Shown one piece after another: positions 21,105 through 33,349 of a stretch of 56,673 bases of DNA; position 1 is the stretch's first letter; the number at the start of each line of letters is the position of its first letter. Source of the stretch: Gammaproteobacteria bacterium (lineage in GTDB: Bacteria > Pseudomonadota > Gammaproteobacteria > JAADHQ01); NCBI GenBank assembly GCA_011052215.1, contig DRJK01000168.1, forward strand, positions 1 to 56,673, written 5' to 3'. Under the pieces are notes generated by a model. The model did not search any database. It saw only the letters and a program-made list of their open reading frames with translations, and was not told the origin of the DNA. The position numbers and the translations under genes were made by a program.

Positions 21105-21797
21105 TTATATTTCATTGTTAAAAACTTCACGGATAAACGGTATGGTAATTCGTCTTTGTTTTATCAGAGATTCGGTGTCCAGTTTATCCAGCATCTCAAA
21201 CAGGGCATCCAGATTACGCGGGAACCGGTTTAACATGTATCTGGCCGTATCCGTGTCCAGTTCCAGACCCCGCTGTTGTGCGCGCAGTTTTATGGCCTCG
21301 ACTTTCTGTTCGTCATTGATAGTTTTCAGGTTAAATACCGGTCCCGATTCAAGCCGCGATATCAGGTCATTCAATGACAACCCCAGTTCCTTCGGGCTGG
21401 CTGATGCAGAAAAAAGCATGCTGCCTCCCTTGTCTTTCACATGATTAAATAAACTGAAAATGGCCTGCTGCCAGTCGTCCTGGTCCCTTACCAACTGGAG
21501 ATCATCGATGCAGATAATCGCGAAACCATCCATCCCTTCGAGGGCATCGGATGAATAGCGGGTTAATTCTGACAGGGGCAAGTAGGTAACCGACTCATGA
21601 TGCCGTGCAGCCAACTGGCATACGGCCTGCAACAGGTGTGACTTTCCGCTTGCAGTCACACCCCAGATATAGATAACCTGCTCACCTTGCCCGGTTGCAA
21701 ATCGTTTCAGGCTATCGAGCAGAAAGGGTTCATCGGGATAAACAAAATTATCAAAACTGACATGTTCATTTAACTGTATGGCCAGTGGCAGTTGCAT
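21105..21797 (-). CDS. hda: DnaA regulatory inactivator Hda
   Basis: N-terminal QLPL clamp motif, SFDNF, GKSHLL and DLISRL. Conserved context next to purM. Confidence 0.95.
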   Translation of the reverse strand: MQLPLAIQLNEHVSFDNFVYPDEPFLLDSLKRFATGQGEQVIYIWGVTASGKSHLLQAVCQLAARHHESVTYLPLSELTRYSSDALEGMDGFAIICIDDLQLVRDQDDWQQAIFSLFNHVKDKGGSMLFSASASPKELGLSLNDLISRLESGPVFNLKTINDEQKVEAIKLRAQQRGLELDTDTARYMLNRFPRNLDALFEMLDKLDTESLIKQRRITIPFIREVFNNEI

Positions 21798-21820
21798 TAT
21801 TTATATTCCGGGATTATTTT

Positions 21821-22882
21821 CTAGCGATTGGATTTATCATAAACCTGGCTGTTCACATAACCCTCGTGGATATGACGCAGGAAAACGGCCAGCACGGCTG
21901 CAACCGGCAGCGCCAGCAGTATACCGATAAAACCAAACAACTGCCCCCCGGCCATAACGGCAAAAATCACGGCGACCGGATGCAATCCAATGCGATCACC
22001 CACCAGGGTCGGTGTCAGCACCACGCTTTCCAGTATCTGGCCAATACCGAATACAATCAGCACATAAACCAGATCGAGGACTTGCTGTGTCTGCAACAAA
22101 ATGGCAATGCCGGCAGCCAGAATGCCTATGATAAAACCCAGGTAGGGAACAAAACTGACCAGGCCCGCCAGCAACCCGATCAATAATGCCAGCTTGAGAC
22201 CCACCAGACTCAGACCCACGCTGTATATAATTGTGAGCGCCAGCATGACCAGTAACTGGCCGCGGATAAAGGCGCCCAACACCTCGTCTGACTCGCTTGC
22301 CAGTTTGGTAACATCCTTTTCCATGCTGCGCGGTACCATTCCACGAATGCGTGCAACCATCACATCCCAGTCACGTAATAAATAGAATGTGACAACCGGC
22401 ACCAGCACCAGCGAACCCAGCCAGCCCATGAAGGCCAGTCCGGAACTTGATATCGAGCCGAGAACGATCTGGGCGACACCGCCGGCCTGCTGCCAATGCT
22501 GGGCAAACCATTGCTTGAGTGCGCCCGTATCGACCTGGAAATCGGCTATTCCCAGCCGGTTGGCCACCCACGGTATTACCTTTTGCTGAATGGCATCGAT
22601 GTACCCGGGGAGTTTCTGTATAAGATAAACAAGCTGTTTTTCTATCTGTGGTATCAGTAACAACAGAACCAGCACCAGTAATAAAAAGATCAGGGTAAAT
22701 ACCACGATAACCGCCCAGTTCCGTGAAAACCGGCCCCTTTCCAGCCGGTCAACAACCGGGTCACCCAGATAGGCAAGAAGTACCGCCACCATGAACGGGG
22801 ACAGGATCGGTGCCAGCAGATAGACCAGCCAGCCTGTTGCCGCAATCCCCGCAAACCATAACCATTTCTGTGAATCTGTCAT
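21821..22882 (-). CDS. AI-2E (PerM) family transporter
   Basis: Multi-TM protein with FYLLRDW, FIRGQL and GDRIGLHP. The start MTDSQ overlaps the upstream stop. Confidence 0.9.
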   Translation of the reverse strand: MTDSQKWLWFAGIAATGWLVYLLAPILSPFMVAVLLAYLGDPVVDRLERGRFSRNWAVIVVFTLIFLLLVLVLLLLIPQIEKQLVYLIQKLPGYIDAIQQKVIPWVANRLGIADFQVDTGALKQWFAQHWQQAGGVAQIVLGSISSSGLAFMGWLGSLVLVPVVTFYLLRDWDVMVARIRGMVPRSMEKDVTKLASESDEVLGAFIRGQLLVMLALTIIYSVGLSLVGLKLALLIGLLAGLVSFVPYLGFIIGILAAGIAILLQTQQVLDLVYVLIVFGIGQILESVVLTPTLVGDRIGLHPVAVIFAVMAGGQLFGFIGILLALPVAAVLAVFLRHIHEGYVNSQVYDKSNR

Positions 22883-23436
22883 TCCTGTACCCTTTTGATA
22901 CGTACCGCCTTTCGCCCCCATGTCAGCACATAATCAAGGCCACTCAAAACGGTTGTCGCCAGCACGATAAAGAACAACATATCAATAACTCCAGGCGGAA
23001 ATGCAAACAGGCCCTGGTGCATCAGGATAACGATCACCAACAGTATCTGCACTAATGTATTGATCTTGCCGATCAACATGGGTGCCGCATTGGCGCGTTC
23101 AACCCTGTAGTAATAGTACACGCCACCACACACAATCAACAGGTCACGAATAATAACTGCCGCCAGCAACCACAACGGAATCCAGCCCAGCCAGGTCAAT
23201 GTGATATAGGCCGACACCTGCATGGCCTTGTCGGCCAGTGGATCCAGCCAGCCACCCAGGTGACTTCCCCAGTGATATTTTCTGGCAAGGTATCCATCCA
23301 GTGCATCCGACAGCCCGGCGACAACAAAAAGGGCCAATGCAACATCATAACGGTGTTGTAACATTGTCCAGACAACGGGCATGATGAGTAACACCCTTAT
23401 AAAGCTGATCAGGTTGGGTATGTCACTTTTTTTCAC
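22879..23436 (-). CDS. CDP-alcohol phosphatidyltransferase
   Basis: SDALDGYLAR...GGWLDPLADK signature. Confidence 0.92.
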   Translation of the reverse strand: MKKSDIPNLISFIRVLLIMPVVWTMLQHRYDVALALFVVAGLSDALDGYLARKYHWGSHLGGWLDPLADKAMQVSAYITLTWLGWIPLWLLAAVIIRDLLIVCGGVYYYYRVERANAAPMLIGKINTLVQILLVIVILMHQGLFAFPPGVIDMLFFIVLATTVLSGLDYVLTWGRKAVRIKRVQE

Positions 23437-24587
23437 GATTTCAATCGGTACCCGGGAATCCCGGCAGGTGTTACGGGAACCACCTGGTCTTTGATGACAG
23501 GCGTGGCCAATGGTTTCTTTTCATCCTCACTTGTTAACAGGTGAGTCCCGTCTGGCACCAGTATTTGTTCCAGTGCAAAGACCTGTCTCAGCGCATCGAC
23601 TGTGCCGCGCAGGTCAATAGAATAAAGGACATAGCCCTGGGAAATTGTGTCGGGCTGGAACCTTGTAATCCGGGATACGCTGGTCAGGTATCTGTTTGTC
23701 TTTGCATAATCCTGCAGGGAATCGATATGGGTAATTTTCAGCTTGTAACTGGCTGTCTGCCGGCTCCCTTTCAAGGCGTAGCGGGATATCATGATATCGG
23801 CCAGCCCGTCAAAACCGGCGGCGATCGCCTGTCCAATCTCTTCACCCTGACCGGACCAGTACTGCTCTCCCGCACTGGAAATCAGTGCCCAGCTTGATTC
23901 CCACCTGCCATCCTGAACCGGGAAAATTTTACCGATCAATACATTTTCCGTCGCATACCGAATCGAGGCATCCCTGACCGGCTCGGTGAATTCACCCCAG
24001 ACATCGGCGACCCCTACCTTTTGCTGGTCTTCCAGGTCCATCAGCGGGAAAAGTATGGGTACGGCACGGCGGTTTGCCTGTGTTACGATCGAATGATAAT
24101 ACGGGTTATCCGTGTCGTTACCCAGTATGTAACGCTCGCCCTTGTCCTCAACGGCCAGCCAGACAAGGGTTTCCGGTCGGGTGCTTCCCCACAGTGGCAA
24201 CTCCTGATCCTGAAGTAATTTCTGAATGGCCTTGCGGTTAAACCGTACCCAGAGCATCCATTCGGGCTTCTGGCCGGGCCCCCCGGTGCCGGTAACAGCC
24301 CTCTTGTGGTAGCGATATTGCTCTACATAGCGGGCGGCCCTGTCCAGAACATTCAGCATCTGACCAAACTGCTCCAGCCCCTGCGAGCCGGTCAGCCGGG
24401 TAAAGATATCGGCCAGACCCCTGCGTAGTGCCCTTTTGCGTTCAGACCGCCCCTGGCTGGCAACCGGAATTTCTATTTCATACAGCCCTTCAACCTGCAC
24501 GGCCGCATGGGTCACTGATTGAGACATGGCGACCAGCATAAAAAGTGCGGCCAGACCCGTAATCATGTTGTTGATTATTGTATTCAT
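23433..24587 (-). CDS. DUF2066-family exported protein
   Basis: Signal peptide, [16 protein letters not shown] and PLMDLED. Divergent from purM, as is usual. Confidence 0.8.
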   Translation of the reverse strand: MNTIINNMITGLAALFMLVAMSQSVTHAAVQVEGLYEIEIPVASQGRSERKRALRRGLADIFTRLTGSQGLEQFGQMLNVLDRAARYVEQYRYHKRAVTGTGGPGQKPEWMLWVRFNRKAIQKLLQDQELPLWGSTRPETLVWLAVEDKGERYILGNDTDNPYYHSIVTQANRRAVPILFPLMDLEDQQKVGVADVWGEFTEPVRDASIRYATENVLIGKIFPVQDGRWESSWALISSAGEQYWSGQGEEIGQAIAAGFDGLADIMISRYALKGSRQTASYKLKITHIDSLQDYAKTNRYLTSVSRITRFQPDTISQGYVLYSIDLRGTVDALRQVFALEQILVPDGTHLLTSEDEKKPLATPVIKDQVVPVTPAGIPGYRLKS

Positions 24588-24725
24588 AGATTCTGTTTCA
24601 GACTTGAATATTCAAGCTTTATGGCAATAAATCCGGCAAACATGGCCAATAATGACCCCGACAGTGTAAAATATCATGATGCCAAGTACACATGCTATCA
24701 GATTATATTACAGGAGATGTCCATT

Positions 24726-25787
24726 GTGACCCAGGATTCAGGTAATTGTGAATCACAAACCTCGCTCAACTACCGTGATGCCGGCGTGGATATCGACGCC
24801 GGCAATGAGCTGGTTGAACGCATCAAACCCATTGCAAAACAAACCTTCAGGCCCGGGGTACTGACCGGACTGGGCGGGTTTGGTGCGCTGTTCGAGCTTC
24901 CGCTGGACCGCTACAAACAACCCGTGTTGGTATCGGGCACGGATGGAGTCGGAACCAAGCTCAAACTGGCCATGCTCATGAACCGCCACGACACCATCGG
25001 TATCGACCTGGTCGCCATGTGTGTCAATGACCTGATCGTCGGCGGGGCCGAACCGCTTTTCTTCCTGGATTACTATGCCACTGGCAAACTCAATGTCAAT
25101 GAGGCGGCCGATGTGATGAAGGGCATTGGCCGTGGTTGTGAGCTGTCCGGCGCCGCCCTGACCGGCGGTGAGACTGCCGAGATGCCGGGCATGTATTCAA
25201 AAGGTGACTATGATCTGGCCGGGTTTTGTGTCGGCATTGTGGAAAAATCAAAAATCATTGATGGCTCGGATGTCAGCCCCGGCGATGTACTGATTGGCCT
25301 GGCCTCGTCAGGCCCCCACTCCAATGGCTATTCGCTGGTCAGAAAGGTACTGGAACATTCAGCTGCAAGGCTCGATGAGCCGTTCGACGGCCGAACCCTG
25401 GGTGAAACCCTGCTCGAACCGACCCGCATCTATGTCAAACCGTTGCTTGAGCTGTTTGATAAAATCAATGTGCATGCGCTGGCCCATATAACGGGAGGTG
25501 GTCTGACAGAAAACCTGCCGCGTGTCATGCCTGAAAATACCATTGCCAGTATTGATCGAAGCTCATGGACAAGACCTGCTGTCTTTGACTGGCTACAGCA
25601 GAAAGGCAATATCAGGGACGAGGACATGTTTGTTACCTTTAATTGTGGCATCGGCATGGTCCTCTGCGTCGATCCATCCGATGTTGAAAAGACCCTGACT
25701 ATTCTTGAACAACAAGGAGAACAGGCCTGGATCATTGGCCAGATCGAAGCGGGGGGTAACGGCACCCGGCGGGTCCGGATCAGTTAA
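24726..25787 (+). CDS. purM: Phosphoribosylformylglycinamidine cyclo-ligase (AIR synthase)
   Basis: [29 protein letters not shown] and AHITGGG. Start is GTG 24726 or ATG 24717. Confidence 0.97.
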   Translation: MTQDSGNCESQTSLNYRDAGVDIDAGNELVERIKPIAKQTFRPGVLTGLGGFGALFELPLDRYKQPVLVSGTDGVGTKLKLAMLMNRHDTIGIDLVAMCVNDLIVGGAEPLFFLDYYATGKLNVNEAADVMKGIGRGCELSGAALTGGETAEMPGMYSKGDYDLAGFCVGIVEKSKIIDGSDVSPGDVLIGLASSGPHSNGYSLVRKVLEHSAARLDEPFDGRTLGETLLEPTRIYVKPLLELFDKINVHALAHITGGGLTENLPRVMPENTIASIDRSSWTRPAVFDWLQQKGNIRDEDMFVTFNCGIGMVLCVDPSDVEKTLTILEQQGEQAWIIGQIEAGGNGTRRVRIS

Positions 25788-25797
25788 TCCACAGAAA

Positions 25798-26466
25798 ATG
25801 AGCCAGAAAAACCTCCCCGTCGTCGTTCTTGTTTCCGGCAGAGGCAGTAACCTGCAGTCCATTATTGATGCCATGCAGGATGGCCGGCTGGACATAGACA
25901 TCCAGGCCGTTATCAGCAATCGGCCCAGGGCTGCCGCGCTGGAAAAGGCCAGACAGGCAGGCCTGGATACGATCACTGTGGACCATACGAAATTTTCAAG
26001 CCGCGAGGAATTTGACCAGGCATTACAGGAAACAATAGACCCCTACCAACCCGGGCTGATTGTGCTGGCCGGGTTTATGCGAATCCTGACCCCGGGATTT
26101 GTCAGCCACTATCATGGGCACATGCTGAATATCCACCCGTCGCTGTTACCCAAATATCCCGGACTGGAAACTCACCGGCGCGTGCTGGAAAATGGTGAAA
26201 AAAAACACGGGGCCAGTATTCATTTTGTCACCAATGAACTTGATGGCGGCCCGGTTGTCTCACAAGTAGAAGTTGATGTCCTGGAAAATGACACGACTGA
26301 CAGCCTGGCTGCCAGGGTACTTGAAAGGGAGCATCCACTGTACTGTCAGGCCATACAATGGATCGCAGAAGAAAAACTGAAACTGGATAATGGACAGGTG
26401 CTGTTTAATGGAAAACCGCTTAATCAACCCCGGATAATGTCAACAAAACAACAATCACCAACATGA
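25798..26466 (+). CDS. purN: Phosphoribosylglycinamide formyltransferase
   Basis: SGRGSNLQ, LAGFMRIL, NIHPSLLP and ELDGGP. Confidence 0.97.
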   Translation: MSQKNLPVVVLVSGRGSNLQSIIDAMQDGRLDIDIQAVISNRPRAAALEKARQAGLDTITVDHTKFSSREEFDQALQETIDPYQPGLIVLAGFMRILTPGFVSHYHGHMLNIHPSLLPKYPGLETHRRVLENGEKKHGASIHFVTNELDGGPVVSQVEVDVLENDTTDSLAARVLEREHPLYCQAIQWIAEEKLKLDNGQVLFNGKPLNQPRIMSTKQQSPT

Positions 26467-27218
26467 AAAATATACCGCTACTTGTTTTGCTGACACTGCT
26501 CACCGCCCCCTGTACATACGCCGCCTTCCCACCCGAATTCAAGGCAGAATACACACTTAATAAATTTGGTCTTGATGCCGCCCAGGCGGATATCTCGTTG
26601 AAAAAACAAAAAGATGGCTCGTGGCTCTACCTAAGTCAGACAAAAACCCGGGGGATTATTTCGATTTTCAGAAGTGACAAAATCACGGAAAAAAGTGTCC
26701 TTAAAATAATTGACGGTTTGATCAAACCGGTTGATTATCAGTACAACCACAAGGGTGGCGGAAAAAACCGTAACCGGACAATTCATTTTAACTGGAGAAC
26801 CGGCACCGCAGAATCAAATATCAGCGGCACTCAATCCAGGTTGGCCATACCGGCAGACACAATCGAGAATTTTTCCTTGCAACTGAGATTAATGAATGAC
26901 CTCCAGCAAGGGAAACGGGTACTGATATACAACATCATTAACAAAGGAAAACTCAAACGATACAACTTCGAAATACTGGGTAATGAAAAGGTCAAAACGC
27001 CATCAGGTGAATTCAATGCCATCAAATTCAGGCGTACCCGTAAAAACAGTAAACGGTCCACGATCATGTGGGCAGCACCCGAATTGCATTTTCTTCCGGT
27101 CAAGATACAGCACATAGAAAAAGATGGTGCCACCTTCTATATGCTGTTAAGCAACGTGAGCGGACCCATCACCAATGGTAAATCATATAGCGATACCCGG
27201 GGCAATGAGGAGGAATAA
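26463..27218 (+). CDS. DUF3108-family exported protein
   Basis: Signal peptide, EKVKTPSGEF and WAAPELHFLPVKI. Typical position after purN. Confidence 0.75.
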   Translation: MKNIPLLVLLTLLTAPCTYAAFPPEFKAEYTLNKFGLDAAQADISLKKQKDGSWLYLSQTKTRGIISIFRSDKITEKSVLKIIDGLIKPVDYQYNHKGGGKNRNRTIHFNWRTGTAESNISGTQSRLAIPADTIENFSLQLRLMNDLQQGKRVLIYNIINKGKLKRYNFEILGNEKVKTPSGEFNAIKFRRTRKNSKRSTIMWAAPELHFLPVKIQHIEKDGATFYMLLSNVSGPITNGKSYSDTRGNEEE

Positions 27219-27223
27219 ACCAT

Positions 27224-27844
27224 ATGTCTATTTACGATGACCATATTCTCCCCCGCCTGATACACCTGGTATGCTCAGGAAAACAGTTTAATGAAAAACG
27301 TCAATCACTGGTGCCCATGGCAAGCGGGCGTGTACTGGAAATAGGCATGGGCTCGGGGTTAAACCTGCCCTTTTACCAGGATCAGCGGGTTGAGAGAATT
27401 TTTGGACTCGAACCCTCCAGGCAACTTCGCTCGAAGGCTGCAATGGCATCAGACAGGATCGATATACCTGTTGAACTCATCAGTAATGGTGCTGAAGATA
27501 TTCCGATGGAAAGACATTCAATCGATACGGTACTGGTTACATTTACCCTGTGCAGCATCCCTGAAATTGAAAAGGCACTGCGTGAAATGCACCGTGTACT
27601 CAAACCGGATGGCAACCTGTATTTTTGTGAACACGGACGTGCGCCTGAACAGAATGTACGACGGTGGCAAGACAGGCTTAACCCGACCTGGAAAAAAGTA
27701 GCCGGTGGCTGTAACCTGAACCGGAATATCCCTGAATTGATTAAACAGGCCGGGTTTGAATTACAGAAACTGGACTGTCAATACATGAAAGGCCCCAGAC
27801 CGATGAGTTATATCTTCAAGGGCCAGGCTTCGCATCATGCATAA
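27224..27844 (+). CDS. Class I SAM-dependent methyltransferase
   Basis: VLEIGMGSG, FTLCSIP and RVLKPDG motifs. Confidence 0.9.
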   Translation: MSIYDDHILPRLIHLVCSGKQFNEKRQSLVPMASGRVLEIGMGSGLNLPFYQDQRVERIFGLEPSRQLRSKAAMASDRIDIPVELISNGAEDIPMERHSIDTVLVTFTLCSIPEIEKALREMHRVLKPDGNLYFCEHGRAPEQNVRRWQDRLNPTWKKVAGGCNLNRNIPELIKQAGFELQKLDCQYMKGPRPMSYIFKGQASHHA

Positions 27845-27855
27845 TCATTTCTATT

Positions 27856-27929
27856 CACTGCTGCCCCGTTAACTTTATGAGGCACATACAAATGTGAGGA
27901 CATGGAATCGTTAAGGCTGATCAAGACCG
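27856..27929 (+). mobile_element. MITE-like element copy 1 (truncated, one end only)
   Basis: CACTGCTGCCCCGTTAACTTTATGAGGCAC...TGTGAGGACATGGAATCG...GATCAAGACCG matches the start of copies 3 and 5. No second TIR appears before the dcd stop. Confidence 0.8.
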
Positions 27930-27941
27930 GGTGCCGGCACC

Positions 27942-28508
27942 TTATGTCTTTGGCAGTGTCACGCCCTCCTGGCCCTGATACTTTCCGCCCCGGTCTTTAT
28001 ATGAAGTGCCACAGATTTCATCCGACTCAAAAAATAACATCTGCGCAATACCTTCGTTGGCATAAATCTTTGCCGGTAGCGGTGTAGTATTGGAAAACTC
28101 CAGTGTCACATGCCCTTCCCATTCCGGCTCCAGCGGCGTGACATTGACAATAATGCCGCAACGGGCATAGGTCGACTTGCCCAGACAGACCGTCAGTACA
28201 CTGCGGGGAATACGGAAATACTCTACTGTACGTGCCAGTGCAAAGGAATTGGGCGGGATGATACAAACATCACCGGTAAAATCGACAAAGCTGTTCTCGG
28301 AAAATTGTTTGGGATCGACAATCTCGGAATTGATGTTGGTAAAGATCTTGAACTCGTTGGCACAACGCACATCATAGCCGTAACTGGATGTACCATACGA
28401 TACGATGCGCCCACCGCCGTTCTCCTTGACCTGGCCCGGTTCAAAGGGTTCTATCATTCCCTCTCTTTCGGCCATACGGCGTATCCAGTGATCCGACTTG
28501 ATGCTCAT
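27942..28508 (-). CDS. dcd: dCTP deaminase
   Basis: [19 protein letters not shown] and TPLEPEWEG. Confidence 0.97.
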   Translation of the reverse strand: MSIKSDHWIRRMAEREGMIEPFEPGQVKENGGGRIVSYGTSSYGYDVRCANEFKIFTNINSEIVDPKQFSENSFVDFTGDVCIIPPNSFALARTVEYFRIPRSVLTVCLGKSTYARCGIIVNVTPLEPEWEGHVTLEFSNTTPLPAKIYANEGIAQMLFFESDEICGTSYKDRGGKYQGQEGVTLPKT

Positions 28509-28605
28509 GTGTGCCCCTTATAGTGAATAATACTGACAATGTATGGGAATACTACAGTGAAAAAAGCCGTTTTTCTACTCACATCCTGAAAGCCCCTGCC
28601 TGCAT

Positions 28606-28632
28606 AAAAAAGGCGTGACAAATGTCACGCCT
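28606..28632 (-). terminator. Intrinsic terminator after apbC
   Basis: Minus strand reads AGGCGTGACA-TT-TGTCACGCCT followed by a T run. Confidence 0.8.
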
Positions 28633-28656
28633 GTGGCATTTTTGCTACGGACTGGA

Positions 28657-29748
28657 TCAGTTATTCTCTATCACAATCTGCGGGAACCTGGCACTGTAGT
28701 TCTTCGCCTGCAAAGATAATTTGGCCGCTGTACGACGGGCAATTTCCCGGTAGGTCTGTGCTATACGACTGTCGGGCTCTGCAACTACCGTCGGCTTGCC
28801 GCTATCGGTTTCCTCACGAATACGGATATCCAGTGGCAATGCGCCGAGGAAATCTACATCGAATTCTTCCGACATGTTCTGGCCACCGTCTTTACCAAAG
28901 ATATGTTCTTCATGGCCACATTCACTGCAGATGTGGATACTCATATTCTCGACAATACCCAGTACAGCAACCTCGACTTTCTCAAACATTTTCAGACCTT
29001 TGCGCGCATCCAGCAAGGCGATGTCCTGTGGTGTGGTCACAATAACGACTCCGCTGACCGGCACTTTTTGCGCCAATGTCAACTGGGTATCACCGGTGCC
29101 GGGTGGCAGGTCGATAATCAGGTAGTCAAGATTATCCCAGCGGGTATCTTTCAACAACTGCTCCAGTGCCTGTGTGACCATCGGGCCACGCCAGATCATC
29201 GGTGTATCCTCATCAATCAGATAACCGATAGACATGGACTGGATGTGGTAACTCACCATCGGTTCCAGTGTCGTACCATCCTCTGATTCCGGCTTGCCCG
29301 AGATGCCGAGCATGCGTGGCTGGCTGGGACCATACATGTCCGCGTCCAGCAGGCCCACGTTGGCACCTTCCGCTGAAAGGGCCAGGGCGAGATTAACGGA
29401 AGTGGTTGACTTGCCCACGCCTCCCTTGCCCGACGCCACGGCGATGATGTTCTTGACACCCTTTATCGCCTCCAGGCTTTTCTGCACGACATGCGCCTGG
29501 ATATCCCAGTCTACGTTGACGGTAGCTGAATCAACACCATCGACACCTTCAATTCTCTTTTTCAGTTCGTTCTGCAACTTCTCCTGAAAACCTTTGGCCG
29601 GATATCCCAGGGTTATATCCACGGTGACCTTGCCGTCATCGATAGCAATATTCTTGACGGCCTTGGTTGAAACCAGGTCTTTATCCAGATGCGGGTCGAT
29701 ATAACCCTTCATGGCATCTTCAATTTGGGTCTGATTGGCACTTGACAT
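28657..29748 (-). CDS. apbC: Fe-S cluster carrier ATPase Mrp/ApbC
   Basis: SGKGGVGKST, WRGPM, DLPPGTGD and CSEC. Divergent from metG. Confidence 0.96.
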   Translation of the reverse strand: MSSANQTQIEDAMKGYIDPHLDKDLVSTKAVKNIAIDDGKVTVDITLGYPAKGFQEKLQNELKKRIEGVDGVDSATVNVDWDIQAHVVQKSLEAIKGVKNIIAVASGKGGVGKSTTSVNLALALSAEGANVGLLDADMYGPSQPRMLGISGKPESEDGTTLEPMVSYHIQSMSIGYLIDEDTPMIWRGPMVTQALEQLLKDTRWDNLDYLIIDLPPGTGDTQLTLAQKVPVSGVVIVTTPQDIALLDARKGLKMFEKVEVAVLGIVENMSIHICSECGHEEHIFGKDGGQNMSEEFDVDFLGALPLDIRIREETDSGKPTVVAEPDSRIAQTYREIARRTAAKLSLQAKNYSARFPQIVIENN

Positions 29749-29985
29749 AAAACATCTCCTATAATACCGGTAAGGATATTATTTCATACTAAAAAGGTCT
29801 GGTATTATACACGTTTTTCACAGGCTGCGAAGTATTTCATAATATACCAATAAAGACCATCATTTATCCTTGTGCCGTACGAGGACTTTGGCAAAAAAGC
29901 CGGTTGTTAATGGTTGCTGTCGTCGGCCTGCGAATCCGGTATACTTGTATGATTTTATGTACAGATTCAAGCAATTGGGTGGAAA

Positions 29986-32061
29986 ATGAGTAACAATCAA
30001 CGCAAAATACTGGTAACCAGCGCCCTGCCATACGCCAATGGAAGCATACATCTTGGTCACCTGGTGGAATACATCCAGACGGATATCTGGGTGCGTTTCC
30101 AGAAAATGCAGGGGCACGAATGTTACTATGTCTGTGCCGATGATACCCATGGCACACCCATCATGCTCAAGGCTGAACAGGAGGGCATTACCCCTGAACA
30201 GTTAATCGAGCGTGTCCATGAAGAACACCTGCGTGATTTTACCGACTTCAATATCGACTTTGATAACTACTATTCAACTAACTCCGATGAAAACCGTGAG
30301 CTGTCTTCAGGTATGTACCTGAAGCTCAAGAAAGCCGGTTTGATCGAAAGCCGACCGACGAAACATTATTACGACCCTGAAAGGAAAATGTTCCTGCCGG
30401 ACCGGTATATCAAAGGTGAGTGCCCCAAATGCCATGCGCTGGAACAGTACGGCGATGGCTGCGAGGTCTGCGGTGCAACCTATACGACCACAGATCTGAT
30501 TAACCCCTATTCCGTTGTGTCCGGTGCCACGCCGGTTAAAAAAGAGACTGAACATTTTTTCTTCAAGCTGAGTGAATGTGTCGACTTTCTGCGTAACTGG
30601 ATGAAAACCGGTAATCGCGGCGAAAGCCCGCTACCGCCCGAGGCCGCCAACAAACTGGAAGAATGGTTTGAGGCGGGGTTACGTGACTGGGAAATCTCGC
30701 GCGATGCACCCTATTTCGGATTTGAAATCCCGGATGCCCCGGGCAAGTATTTTTATGTCTGGCTCGATGCCCCGGTTGGCTACATGGCCAGCTTTAAAAA
30801 CCTGTGTGCACGAAAAGGGATGGATTTCGACCGCTTCTGGAAACAGGGTAGTGACACAGAGCTGTATCATTTTATTGGTAAAGACATCCTCAGCTTCCAT
30901 GCGCTGTTCTGGCCGGCCACGCTCCATTTTTCCGGCTACCGGACACCCGACAAGATCTGTGTGCATGGTTTTCTGACTGTCAACGGGCAGAAAATGTCAA
31001 AGTCACGCGGCACTTTTATAACGGCCCGTTCTTATCTGGAATTCCTGCAACCTGAATACCTGCGATATTACTTTGCCGCCAAACTGAATGACCGTGTCGA
31101 GGACATTGACCTGAACCTGGAGGACTTTGTTGCACGCGTCAACAGCAATCTGGTTGGCAAATACATCAATATCGCCAGCCGTACTGCCGGGTTTATCAGT
31201 AAACGGTTTAATAACAAACTGGCCAGCTCTATTGATGTGGCCGACATTGAGGCCTTGCAAAAAATTCAGGGGGCAGCAGAAGAAATAGCTCACTGTTATG
31301 AAAACCGCCAGTTCAGCGAGGCCATGCGTAAAATCATGGTTCTTGCCGATGTCGCCAACGAATATGTCAATGATACTCAACCCTGGGTCATTGCAAAGGA
31401 AGATGGCCAGGAGGAGCGGCTGCACCAGGTCTGCACAACCGGTATTAACCTGTTCCGCCTGTTAACAATCTACCTCAAGCCTGTTCTGCCGGACATGGCA
31501 ACCCGGATAGAGGGCTTCCTGAATGTTGAACCCCTGGCATGGGGAGACAGCAGTGAATTATTACTGGATCACGAGATACTAAAATACAAGCATCTGGCAA
31601 AACGTATCGAGGAAAAACAGATACAGTCCATGCTGGATAAAAACCGGGAAACACTGAACATGGAAAACAAAAAAGACGGTCACTCACAAACAAGGCATGC
31701 GCAGGCACAGCAGCATGAAGATACACCCGTTGCTGATACAATTGAATTTGATGACTTCGCAAAAATTGATTTACGTATTGCCCGTATTATCAGCGCCAAA
31801 CATGTCGAAGGCGCAGACAAACTGTTGCAATTAACACTGGATATCGGCAATGAAACACGCAACGTTTTTGCAGGCATCAAATCAGCCTATTCCCCGGAAC
31901 AACTGCAAGGCAAACTGACGGTGATGGTTGCCAATCTGGCGCCACGAAAAATGCGCTTTGGTATCTCGGAAGGCATGGTGCTGGCTGCGGGCCCGGGTGG
32001 AAGTGACCTGTGGATTCTTGAACCTCATGAAGGGGCGCAACCGGGAATGAAAGTCAAGTAG
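29986..32061 (+). CDS. metG: Methionine--tRNA ligase
   Basis: HLGH, Zn knuckle, KMSKS and a C-terminal tRNA-binding domain. Confidence 0.98.
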   Translation: MSNNQRKILVTSALPYANGSIHLGHLVEYIQTDIWVRFQKMQGHECYYVCADDTHGTPIMLKAEQEGITPEQLIERVHEEHLRDFTDFNIDFDNYYSTNSDENRELSSGMYLKLKKAGLIESRPTKHYYDPERKMFLPDRYIKGECPKCHALEQYGDGCEVCGATYTTTDLINPYSVVSGATPVKKETEHFFFKLSECVDFLRNWMKTGNRGESPLPPEAANKLEEWFEAGLRDWEISRDAPYFGFEIPDAPGKYFYVWLDAPVGYMASFKNLCARKGMDFDRFWKQGSDTELYHFIGKDILSFHALFWPATLHFSGYRTPDKICVHGFLTVNGQKMSKSRGTFITARSYLEFLQPEYLRYYFAAKLNDRVEDIDLNLEDFVARVNSNLVGKYINIASRTAGFISKRFNNKLASSIDVADIEALQKIQGAAEEIAHCYENRQFSEAMRKIMVLADVANEYVNDTQPWVIAKEDGQEERLHQVCTTGINLFRLLTIYLKPVLPDMATRIEGFLNVEPLAWGDSSELLLDHEILKYKHLAKRIEEKQIQSMLDKNRETLNMENKKDGHSQTRHAQAQQHEDTPVADTIEFDDFAKIDLRIARIISAKHVEGADKLLQLTLDIGNETRNVFAGIKSAYSPEQLQGKLTVMVANLAPRKMRFGISEGMVLAAGPGGSDLWILEPHEGAQPGMKVK

Positions 32062-32189
32062 AACGCGAGGCGCACTGTTATACACGCAACTGGAAAATGC
32101 AGCCTTGTTACAGTGTTCTTTACCTGTAAATTGAAAGGGCTATAACAATTACCCTTTATCTTTATTGCTGGATATTTTATCTTTAAATT

Positions 32190-32771
32190 ATGACTGAATA
32201 CGCACTGTTACTGGTAAGCACGGTCCTGGTTAATAATTTCGTTTTAGTGAAATTTCTGGGGCTATGTCCCTTCATGGGGGTTTCCCGAAAACTGGAGACG
32301 GCCGTCGGGATGTCACTGGCGACAACATTTGTGCTTACCCTGTCATCCATATGCAGCTACCTGGTCAATGAATACATACTGGCTCCGCTGGGTCTTGAAT
32401 ACCTTCGCACTATCAGTTTCATTCTGGTCATCGCAATTGTTGTACAGGTCACCGAGATGATTGTCCACAAAACCAGCCCGTTACTGTATCAGGTGCTTGG
32501 AATTTTCCTGCCTCTGATCACAGCCAATTGCGCTGTTCTCGGGGTGGCACTGCTGAATGTCCAGGAAAAGCACGGTTTCGTCGAATCCGCCCTGTATGGT
32601 TTTGGTGCTGCCGTAGGATTTTCAATGGTATTAATCCTGTTTTCCGCGATGCGTGAAAGAATTGCGATTGCTGATGTCCCTGAGGTGTTCAGGGGTAACG
32701 CTATCGCCCTGATCACGGCAGGATTGATGTCACTGGCCTTCATGGGTTTTTCAGGCCTGATTAAATTCTGA
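32190..32771 (+). CDS. rnfA: Rnf/Rsx complex subunit A
   Basis: [14 protein letters not shown] and [12 protein letters not shown]. Confidence 0.96.
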   Translation: MTEYALLLVSTVLVNNFVLVKFLGLCPFMGVSRKLETAVGMSLATTFVLTLSSICSYLVNEYILAPLGLEYLRTISFILVIAIVVQVTEMIVHKTSPLLYQVLGIFLPLITANCAVLGVALLNVQEKHGFVESALYGFGAAVGFSMVLILFSAMRERIAIADVPEVFRGNAIALITAGLMSLAFMGFSGLIKF

Positions 32772-33349
32772 TGCTAACTGCCATTATTACAATGTGCATA
32801 ATGGCGGGGGTGTTCGGTCTGATTCTGGGCTATATCGCAGTACGATTCTATATTGAAGGTGATCCGGTTGTTGACAAGATCGACTCACTGCTTCCACAAA
32901 CCCAATGCGGGCAATGTGGTTACCCGGGATGCAGGCCTTATGCAGAAGCCATTACCAGAGGTGAGGCCGAGATAAACCAGTGTCCACCCGGGGGCGGGGC
33001 CACCATCGCCGCACTGGCCGACCTGCTAGGTGTTGACTCCAAACCCCTTAACCCGGAAAACGGTATCGAAGAGGACATCAAAACAGTTGTTATTATTGAT
33101 GAAGACATATGCATTGGTTGCACACTGTGCATTCAGGCTTGCCCGGTCGATGCAATCCTGGGGGCTGCAAAACAAATGCATACCGTGATAACAGATGAAT
33201 GCACTGGCTGCAACCTGTGCATCCCACCCTGTCCTGTTGAATGTATTTATATAGTACCTGTAAAAGAAGAACTCGCAACATGGAAATGCCCAAGCCCGGA
33301 GCAACCCATGATCAGACTTGACAGCATAATGGCATCAAAGGAAAAATGA
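32771..33349 (+). CDS. rnfB: Rnf/Rsx complex subunit B
   Basis: [14 protein letters not shown] plus two 4Fe-4S motifs. Confidence 0.96.
   Translation: MLTAIITMCIMAGVFGLILGYIAVRFYIEGDPVVDKIDSLLPQTQCGQCGYPGCRPYAEAITRGEAEINQCPPGGGATIAALADLLGVDSKPLNPENGIEEDIKTVVIIDEDICIGCTLCIQACPVDAILGAAKQMHTVITDECTGCNLCIPPCPVECIYIVPVKEELATWKCPSPEQPMIRLDSIMASKEK

Noticed and set aside
24519-24716. N-terminal extension of PurM
   Set aside because: It overlaps the divergent DUF2066 gene, and the AGGAG RBS points to a start at 24717 or 24726.
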